Of a stretch of DNA of 64,000 nt, positions 55,331-64,000 are shown piece by piece (positions within the stretch are counted from its first letter, which is position 1; every line of letters starts with the position of its first letter). Under the pieces are notes generated by a model. The model was given only the letters and a program-made list of their open reading frames with translations. It did no database searches and was not told where the DNA came from. Made by a program: the position numbers and the translations under genes. This DNA is from Octopus sinensis. Its lineage: Eukaryota. The stretch is from NCBI RefSeq assembly GCF_006345805.1, contig NC_043011.1:4960001-5024000 (forward strand). The letters run 5' to 3'.

Positions 55331-56814
55331 GTAACTCTTTTCCAATAACTAACTTTTCCTGAGCCACGACTTTAATTATTAAGCTCTTTAACACCGTCGA
55401 CTGTTTACCAATAATACCTCAGTGTGTTCCTGAAGAAAGAGACATAAAAACCATCAAATTTAACCCGAATACTCTTTGACTGTGTTGAACCTTCATCCAT
55501 AGAAACAGTATTATGACACACGGGATTCATTTTATACACATTATAGAAATTGAAAAAATATAGAATCCAGAAATTTTATGCGAAATTTGCTAACATTATT
55601 CTTTGTGTTTCAAAATGTTTTTGACAAAAATAAAACTCAGATTCTTAAACCCCATGTTGTACTGATTATTTGAGAAGTAATCAAAATTTTTATACAAAAT
55701 AATGATTATGACCGCACAATGACTAAAATCACGTCATTATTCAAGCCATATTTCCGACTAAAACCTTTTAAAAAATCTCGAATTCCTCACACAATTTGTT
55801 AGATGGAATGGAAAATTTTTTTTTTCGTCCAGAAATAGCAATCCAAACATTTATTTCTCCTCCGAATATTAATCTTTTCATATAACCATGATTCCTTTTA
55901 TTCGATATGGATAAAATGCGCCCGGACTAACCCGGAAAAGACTGCTTCTCGATGTTAGTATCATTTTCTTGAGTCTCGATACGTTATGCATTGTTTTTCT
56001 TCCACGTTTCTGTTAAGATATATCTGTTCAATTGATTTTTTTATATTTCAAGAATGTAACTACATTTGTGTTGTGTGAATGAAGGTTGCGTTGTCAGAGC
56101 TGGGGTGTGTACTCTTAGGAAGGAAAAAAAAGTTGTTCGATGGGTCAGGATGAGAGAGGTTCAACGTGGCAGGTGTATGCAGTTTTAAGTGATACTTCCT
56201 TTAGCTGTTTGGGACGGATAGGGGAACAGAGACGGGGCTGTATTTTACCACCTGCCTCACGGCCTTCCGTAGCTCTTGGCTGGGAATGCGGAGTTCTGCA
56301 ACAGGCTGATAAGAAGTGATAAACTACGTGAAGAAATAACTGGTTGTGTGAGGGTGAAGACACTGGTGCTGGATGGTCTGCTCTACGAACTTGATCATTA
56401 TATTCCAAATTTGCTCAGGGACCTCTTCGCAGATAGCAGCTGAGCGGAAGAATTCCCGGCCCTGCGAAAAAATATATGGTAGCTCTGTCGAGAAAGATAA
56501 AAGAAACGAGGGGTATGATTTTAACTTTAGACCCGTAACAAGATATTGGCCTGAGTGATAGCTAAGAGTTTGGCACTTACTCTCAATATTTTGGTGAGTA
56601 AGGTAAAGATATGTGCCGTAACAAACGTATCTATCCACGACAACCTACACCACGCAATACTTTATAGAAAGGGCAGGTAAAACAAAAATGAGTTAGTAAA
56701 GAACCAAGCAAGGCAGCCGTCTTTAAAGTAACCGATTTCGAGTCCGTCTTCAGAAGTTGTATGAAAAGTGGGATCTAGAGAGAGGCAAGACGTAGTATGA
56801 GCGCAAATCACAGA

Positions 56815-57206
56815 GAGTAACGGGGTCGGAGACTTGAAAAATCCTGTGGGATTTCCCAATACAAACAGATCAAGTGCTAGAGCATAACAGACCGGACCTA
56901 GAATTGGTATACAAGATGCACCACATGTTCTATATAGTCGATGTTGCGTGCCTTTTTGACCCATGAATAATTAAGAAGGAAGGCGAAAAAATAGATGTAC
57001 ACAATCGTCTTATGTACAAAATATTCTGGCTATGGAAAATTAAGAAAGTGAAGATAGTGTCAATTATCGTTGGGCCCTTGGGGACAGTATCAGAAGGGAT
57101 CAAGAGGAATATAAAGAAAATCAGAATAGAATGCCCAGTAGAACTGTTACAAAAGGTTTGGCTTCTTGACTCGGACAGAATAATCAGGAAAACATTAGAT
57201 AGTTGA
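56815..57206 (+). mobile_element. Older R4/Dong-like endonuclease relic
   Basis: ILWDFPIQTDQVLEHNRPDL...IVDVAC...KKEGEK...IIVGPLGTV...LLQKVWLL..RIIRKTL*. Confidence 0.85.
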
Positions 57207-57769
57207 AAATAGCAGATAGAATGGTACTATAGGCTGCAGGCAGCATGCCCGCTTCGCATGCAAGACTTCAGGAGTTCCAACAAAACCTGAATTAGAGAGA
57301 ACAATAAATAATCCTTTCTACTATAGGCACAAGGCCTGAAATTTTGGGGGAGGGGACTAATCGATAACGTCGACCACAGTGTTTCTCTAGTACTTATTTC
57401 ATCGACCCCAAAAGGATGAAAGGCAAAGTCGACCTCATCGGAATTCGAACCCAGAACGTTATGACGGACGGACGGTATATAGCTAAGCACTTTGCCAGGC
57501 GTGCTAACCATTATGCCAGCTCGCCACCTTTATAATAATGACAACTACAGCAAAAACAACAGATTGAAAAAAACGAAAAGGAACTAAATTTAGGAAATCT
57601 ATTTAGTTGAAGTTCACTGCAGATGTCAACAAGGTCGACTCTAAAGTTTCTTTTTGGATTTTCACAGATGATTTTTGACAACTTGTATCTCCATGTTATA
57701 TCATTAATCTGATAAAACTTATTGTTCAATCGTTACTGAATTGTTTATTCATTATTTCCATTTATAATA

Positions 57770-58740
57770 TATAAACAATAATTGCTTATTCTTTATTTCA
57801 CAGCTTTGATGATGAGTGGTGTAAAACTGCAATCAGAGCCATTTCTAAGATCCTGGAACTGTCAAGGAACCTGTGGTATTAACTGGTTCAGACGTTTCAA
57901 GGAAGGTGACACCAGCCTCGAAGACAAATCTAGGTCAGGGAAACTTTCTGTGGTGGAACCTGAGGCCGTGCTTGAAATGGCTGAACAGCAGCCAAACACG
58001 ATCACCGGCAGAACTTGACCCTTAATAAAGCACTATCAATTGACAGCCCGATAAGCTCGGCCTTGTGAACAGACGATGTCGAGAAGTTCTTCATGAACTG
58101 ACCAATGACCAGGCTCAATGTCGTCTGGACATTTGCAAACAAGGAAAATACTCGAGAAAATTTGGTGTCGAATTGCACCTGGAAATGGAAATAAGCAATT
58201 TTCATACTTCTAATGGAAGAAATCAATAGATTCGTTTTACGGCCAGGATTCAGAACCTGTAGTCAAATAAGGGCGGATTGAAGAGAAGGTCATGTTGTGC
58301 GTTTGGTAGAATTTCGAGGGGATGTTGCACTTTGAGCTTGTTCTTGATGATCATGCTGCATACGCTATGAACTCAACAATGCTGTGAACTCTACAACAGC
58401 AGCGAGTACATGGTGTTTTAAAAGCTGCTACTCTGCATTGGTCAATCAAAGACGCGCATTCATACAGCATTGCAATGCCTCATCACGCACAGCCAATGTG
58501 GCCTTGAATAACTTGGAGCTGGAAGCGCTGCATCACTTGCCTACAGTCCAGACTTTGTATCATCAGATTACCACATTTTCTGCGCTATGGCTCATATTCT
58601 GCATGGATGAAGGTTCAATAACTTGGAAGAGGTTAAAAGCGGGTGCAGGGAGTCTTTTGCTGCTAAACCAACCAAATGATCTATAACATAGGAATGAGCT
58701 TCAGACACAACAATGGCAACAGACAATAGTATATGATGGG
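57770..58740 (+). mobile_element. mariner transposase relic
   Basis: WFRRFKEGDTSLEDKSRSG (HTH), HELTNDQ, VMLCVW.NFEG, YSPDFVSSDYHIF; multiple lesions. Confidence 0.85.
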
Positions 58741-59000
58741 ATATATGTTTATAAACAAATACTTTCGATATGTAACTTGCTTGAATTATTAATTAAATCT
58801 TGAAGTACGGAAAACTTTTTGACTCAACCAGGTATAATATATAATTCTCTTCGTTATTGCGCAAGGACCTTGTTATAAAAACCAATGGGAACATCGTTTT
58901 AAATTTTGAAAGAGAGAATTTTATTTCCAACAACCAAATCTATGATTTCTTTGTTTGCAGCAGTTATCAAATAGTCTACCCTAGTTCTCAGGCAGACTCT

Positions 59001-59031
<31 letters not shown>

Positions 59032-59151
59032 GTATGTGTGTGTGTGTGGCATGTGTGTGTGTGTGGTATGTGTGTGTGTGTGTGTTGTATGTGTGTGTGT
59101 ATGTGTGTGGTATGTGTGTGGGTGTGTGTGTGGTATGTGTGTGTGTGTGTG

Positions 59152-59209
<58 letters not shown>

Positions 59210-59696
59210 TGTGTGTGTGTTAGGTGTGTGATAAAGACGGCTCCTTCTAAATACACTTAGAGTTCACCAAACAGCAATTTCACCCAAAAGGTTTGGTTCA
59301 ACCCGAAGCTAGAGGTGAAACCATGAAACCTCATAGTCGTGAAATGAAGTAACTGCCCTGACCAGTAAAATATTATTACAGAATACAAACCTATACAGCT
59401 ATTATCCACTTAGAATATTCTCAGCTTTGTCATAATATCTCATGTATAGAAGTATGGTTTATGGACTACTACTTATTAGTTGTTGATTCAGGTTCAACAG
59501 ATTAACCGAGTATGTAGGTTTTGTATTTCATATCCTGCTAATCGTTGATTAACATCTACAGCGTATCTACACCAACATTCATTTGTAAAACTCATAAGTA
59601 ATTATAGCTTTTTTTCATAAAAAATTTTTTCTTGTTTGGTACAAATCTATGCTGACTTAGTCTTTTAGAGTAACGCAGTAATATTTCAAACTGCTA

Positions 59697-59965
59697 CGGC
59701 GGCGAGCTGGCAGAAACGTTAGCACGTCGGGCGAAATGCTTAGCGGTATTTCGTCTGCCGTTACGTTGTGAGTTCAAATTCCGCCGAGGTCGACTTTACC
59801 TTTCATCCTTTCGGGGTCGATAAATTAAGTACCAGTTACGCACTAGTTTCGATGTAATCTACTTAATACCTATGTCTGTCCTTGTTTGTCCCTTCTATGT
59901 TTAGCCCCTTGTGGGTAATAAAAAAATAGGTATTTCGTCTGCCGCTACGTTCTGAGTTCAAATTC
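59697..59965 (+). mobile_element. SINE family B copy with 25-bp flanking direct repeat
   Basis: aacgcagtaatatttcaaactgcta at 59672-59696 and 59966-59990; the element ends inside its second unit. Confidence 0.88.
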
Positions 59966-59990
59966 AACGCAGTAATATTTCAAACTGCTA

Positions 59991-60405
59991 CCGCGGCGAG
60001 CTAGCAGAAACGATAGCGCGCCGGGCGAAATGCTCAGCGGTATTTCGTCTGCCGTTATGTTGTGAGTTCAAATTCCGCCGAGGTCGACTTTGCCTTTCAT
60101 CCTTTCGGGGTCGATTAAATAAGTACTAGCTACGCACTGGGGTCGATGTAATCGACTTAATAACTATGTCTGTCCATGTTTGTCCCCTCTGTGTTTAGTC
60201 CCTTGTGGGTAATAAAGAAATAGGTATTTCGTCTGCCGCTGCGTTCTGAGTTCAAATTCCGCCGAGGTCGACTTTGCCTTTCATCCTTTCGGGGTCGATT
60301 AAATAAGTACCAGTTACGCACTGGGGTCGATATAGTCGACTTAATCCGTTTGTCTGTCCTTGTTTGTCCCCTCTGTGTGTAGCCCCTTGTGGGCAGTAAA
60401 GAAAT
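59991..60405 (+). mobile_element. SINE family B, dimeric copy (plus a degenerate third unit to ~60560)
   Basis: Same aaagaaata|ggtatttcgtc junction at about 60222. Confidence 0.88.
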
Positions 60406-60617
60406 TGGCATTTCTTCCGACTTTATGTTTTGAGTTAAAATGCCTTCAGGGGTCGACTTTACCTTTCATCCTTTCGGTATCGATATTATAGGTACTAGTT
60501 GAACACTGGGGGCGATATAATCGACTTATTTCCGCCCCTTGAAATTGCTAGTATTGAGCCAAAAGATGAAACCAATATTGCCAAAATTTTCTTGACATGA
60601 AATATTTGAAACGCTGT

Positions 60618-60634
60618 TTTCTTTCTTTTTCCAG
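60618..60634 (+). promoter_or_regulatory. Candidate splice acceptor upstream of the GPCR ATG
   Basis: ttttctttctttttcCAG about 78 nt before ATG 60712. Confidence 0.5.
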
Positions 60635-60711
60635 AAAATACAAACATCTATGCTAGCCAAACGCTGTCTTCAAACTTGCAGAAAATATTTTGCAAAAGTT
60701 AGTACGGAAAA

Positions 60712-61800
60712 ATGAAGAAAATGGACAAAAACAATAACACTAATGACTGTGTCAGTATTTTAGAAGAACTAAACGCCGAATTCGCGCACTTGTATACGCC
60801 TGTGATGTTATATCTCTTAATTTCTCTGATATTTGGATTAATAGGAAACAGCGTTTTAGCATATATACACTTTTGGAAATTTGATGAGACAGCCAGAAAA
60901 GTGTTCATTATAGGACTATTTGTGTGCGATTTTCTAACTTGCTTAATATGTATACCGATGGAAGTTTTCATTCTATGTTTCTCTTTCACTTTTTACAGTA
61001 GTTTTGTATGCCGCTTAATGCGGTTTTTGGTTGCCATAGCAATGTTTAATTCATCTATAATTCTATTTTTTATAGGAATCGAACAATACATTACCATGTG
61101 TCAACCCTTTAAAAATAACAATATTTCTTTTGCGACTTCAAAAATAATTCTAGCTTCTTCCACAATCTCTTCCGCTCTATTTAATATACCAGTACTTAAA
61201 GTGTACAATACACAGAATAGACTGGTTAAACAATGTGGAAATATTGGAAAAGTATGTTCATTTCCTGACAGTTCAGACGACGCAATATTTCCTTTTGTCT
61301 ATTATTGTGTAGTGTTGAGCGGTTACATTTATTTGTTTGTTGTTCTCATGATATTCTACTTATTAATTGAACAACGAATTAGGAAAATTCAGCGTGTAGC
61401 GAGAAGTAAACGCCGTTCAAGCGTGTCTTTCGGAGTTCCAACGAAGATTTCATCTGATAACAATAAAAAAAGAAGCGATGATCCAGAAACAAAACTTCCT
61501 GTTTCGATTCTTAAGCAACATTCAGTACAGTTATCTAAGATCAATATAAGTTTGTTTCCGACCACATTGCTCTGGGCTATATGTTATCTATTACATTTCA
61601 CTGCAATATTTTGGAGAATGTCTGAACATAATTTCAATGACATCGAAAGTAATGAAAAACAAGTTCTTTACAAACTTTTGATGTATTCTTTTTACTTCAA
61701 ATGCGCAGTGAACCCATATCTTTATGGAACTTTCAATCGGCAGTTTTATAGTGAATTACTGCACTTATTTCAAAGAATATTACAAGTACATAAGAAATAA
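60712..61800 (+). CDS. Class A GPCR, 362 aa, with non-canonical EQY and TM6 Pro loss
   Basis: N-terminal NNT sequon; TM1 GN, TM2 CDF, TM3 Cys and GIEQY, ECL2 KVCSF, TM6 CYLLH, TM7 NPYLYG, short tail; ORF uninterrupted. Confidence 0.93.
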   Translation: MKKMDKNNNTNDCVSILEELNAEFAHLYTPVMLYLLISLIFGLIGNSVLAYIHFWKFDETARKVFIIGLFVCDFLTCLICIPMEVFILCFSFTFYSSFVCRLMRFLVAIAMFNSSIILFFIGIEQYITMCQPFKNNNISFATSKIILASSTISSALFNIPVLKVYNTQNRLVKQCGNIGKVCSFPDSSDDAIFPFVYYCVVLSGYIYLFVVLMIFYLLIEQRIRKIQRVARSKRRSSVSFGVPTKISSDNNKKRSDDPETKLPVSILKQHSVQLSKINISLFPTTLLWAICYLLHFTAIFWRMSEHNFNDIESNEKQVLYKLLMYSFYFKCAVNPYLYGTFNRQFYSELLHLFQRILQVHKK

Positions 61801-62226
61801 AATATCTAAAATGTCGAAAAACGTCATCAATTTATGCAGCTATTTTCCACAAGTCCATCATATTACTCTAAATTCAAATTAATTTTCCTAGTTTAAAATA
61901 TTTGAATATCAGAAAAGTTTTCATTTAAGCGTCTAGTATTCCTGATTCATTCAAATGAAACAATTTCTGATAAAAAGCTAAATGCCATATCAAAGCAAAT
62001 AAAGTTTATAACACTTAACTACATGGATCTAATCAAAGTGTATTTGGTGATTATTGAACCGAACATTGAAGCAAATACTAAACTTTATTGGTATCATTAC
62101 AACAGTTATAGCAACAATGACATGTAATAATGAGGGATCATTTATGCAGTCAAATGACCTGCAAGAAAAAGTAATCAAAATGTTTTAAAATCCAACTATA
62201 GTGTCTTTAAAAAGGACACATTAGAT

Positions 62227-62427
62227 CAGTGGTTTTCAACCAGGGTTCCGCCAGTACAGTCCAGGGGTTCCGCAAGAAGTTACAAAACTGCTAAAATCGG
62301 CAGTAATTTTTAATTTTCTTGTGCAGATATGTGTGCATAAGACTATTAAATTATTGCACAGGGGTTCCTCGAGACAGTGGAATGTTTCCTTGGGGTTCCG
62401 CTCCAGCAAAAAGTTTGAAAAGCACTG
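62227..62427. mobile_element. hAT (Charlie-like) MITE
   Basis: TIRs cagtggttttcaac / gtttgaaaagcactg; exact 8-bp TSD cattagat at 62219-62226 and 62428-62435. Confidence 0.92.
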
Positions 62428-62799
62428 CATTAGATAATGGAATCCTAGATTCGATTTATGGTTTAGTGAATAGAGAAAGGGATGTGTTCAAGATTTTCTG
62501 AACTGGTTTGGTAACAGGAGAAAGTCACTGCAGTAGGGAGAAGGGAATAAAAATATCGAGAGTTGGTCCGATTAGTTGTATGAGAGTGGAGTTCGATAAA
62601 AGGCCGGTTTTAGTGGGAAAGGAGACAAGAAATTGACTTACTTCACAGAATACACCAAAGCTAGAAAATAACACCTGGATCTTGATAGGTATGTTCAGTT
62701 AAATATTACCTGGAGATAAACGACAAACATGTTTTTGATACAATGCATTCATCAGCAAATCATTATAATAAACATCAAATTACGACTAGTGATTATTAT

Positions 62800-63002
62800 T
62801 ACTCTTTTACTTGTTTCAATCATTTGACTGCGGCCATGCTGGAGCACCGCCTTTAGTCGAGCAAATCGACCCCAGGACTTATTCTTTGTAAGCCCAGTAC
62901 TTATTCTATCGGTCTCTTTTGCCGAACCGCTAAGTGACGGGGACGTAAAACACACAGCATCGGTTGTCAAGCAATGCTAGGGGGACAAACACAGACACAC
63001 AA

Positions 63003-63080
<78 letters not shown>

Positions 63081-63237
63081 GACAGGCTTCTCTCAGTTTC
63101 CGTCTACCAAATCCACTCTCAAGGCATTGGTCGGCCCGGGGCTATAGCAGAGGACACTTGCCCAAGATGCCACGCAGTGGGACTGAACCCGGAACCATGT
63201 GGTTGGTTAGCAAGCTACTTACCACACAGCCACTCCT
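62800..63237 (-). mobile_element. SINE family A copy
   Basis: Reverse complement of 7749-8159. Confidence 0.9.
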
Positions 63238-63791
63238 GAGACCCCGGCACTTTACTTTTTAAAACCTGTTATTTATTCTATCAGTTTCTTTTGCCGCGCC
63301 GCTTTTCTTACGGGGACGTTTACACACCAACACCGGTTTTCTGTTGCCATGCTGAAACCCCCACCTTTTCTAATACTAACTTGGTTAACTTCATAAGTCA
63401 GAACAGCAAAATTTACCTGAGAGCGTTACCAATATTAAGCTAAATACGCATTAATTCTACAATTCCTCACTGATATTCAAATATCGCTTATCTTTTTATC
63501 TTTTACTTGTTTCAGTCATTAGACTGCGACCATACTGGGGCACCGCCTTGAAGAATTTTTAGTCGAATGAATCGACCTCAGCACTTAAATTTTTTAAACC
63601 TCTTACTTATTCTATCAGTTTCTTTTGCCGCACCGCTATGTTACGGGGACGTATACACACTAACACCGGTTGTCAAGTGGCGGTGGGTGGACAAACATAG
63701 ACCAAAAGTCACTCACACACACACACACGTGTGCGTGCGTATATATATAGAAATGTATGTATGCATGTATGTATATATATATGTGCATATA

Positions 63792-63839
<48 letters not shown>

Positions 63840-64000
63840 GTATGCCTGTATATATATATGCGTGTGTATGTATGTATGTATGCGTTCGTATAAGAACTCA
63901 CGTACTTAGTGGGTTATGAACAGATTTGGTGTCCATAGCTGATGAAGCATAACGGTGCAAATATACTCATCCAACGGTCTGATGACGTCATTCATAGCCC

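Noticed and set aside
55700-56000. Possible additional Tc1/maT relic on the minus strand (LFLDEKKNF)
   Set aside because: Only one short motif; not enough support.
63938-63990. CTGATGA motifs here and at 6123 and 15793 as hammerhead ribozymes
   Set aside because: No correctly placed GAAA after stem II and no stems I/III.

Overview
AT-rich, repeat-dense animal genomic DNA; the SINE families and microsatellite load are consistent with an octopod cephalopod (inference). The only host genes I can support are a tandem, same-strand cluster of four class A (rhodopsin-like) GPCR paralogs, each with an apparently uninterrupted coding region: a 3' fragment at the window edge (1-174, missed by the ORF track), an intact gene (10953-12044), a decayed SINE-interrupted pseudogene (34144-35684), and a full-length gene with altered activation motifs (60712-61800; ERY->EQY, TM6 Pro->Leu). 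The rest is mobile DNA and simple repeats. SINEs: three tRNA-derived families plus a short tRNA-like element with an (AAT)n tail. DNA-transposon relics: mariner DD34D, maT DD37D, an internally deleted pogo/Tigger, a Merlin (IS1595-like) transposase frameshifted by a CA microsatellite, a hAT MITE, a Helentron-like element, and two inverted-repeat elements carrying telomeric TTAGGG repeats. LINE relics: R4/Dong (one inside a ~2.5 kb (AAT)n tract), RTE, HERO-like, CR1-like and Penelope-like. Most ORFs in the supplied track are translations of microsatellites or SINEs. No database searches were run; family names rest on motif recognition.
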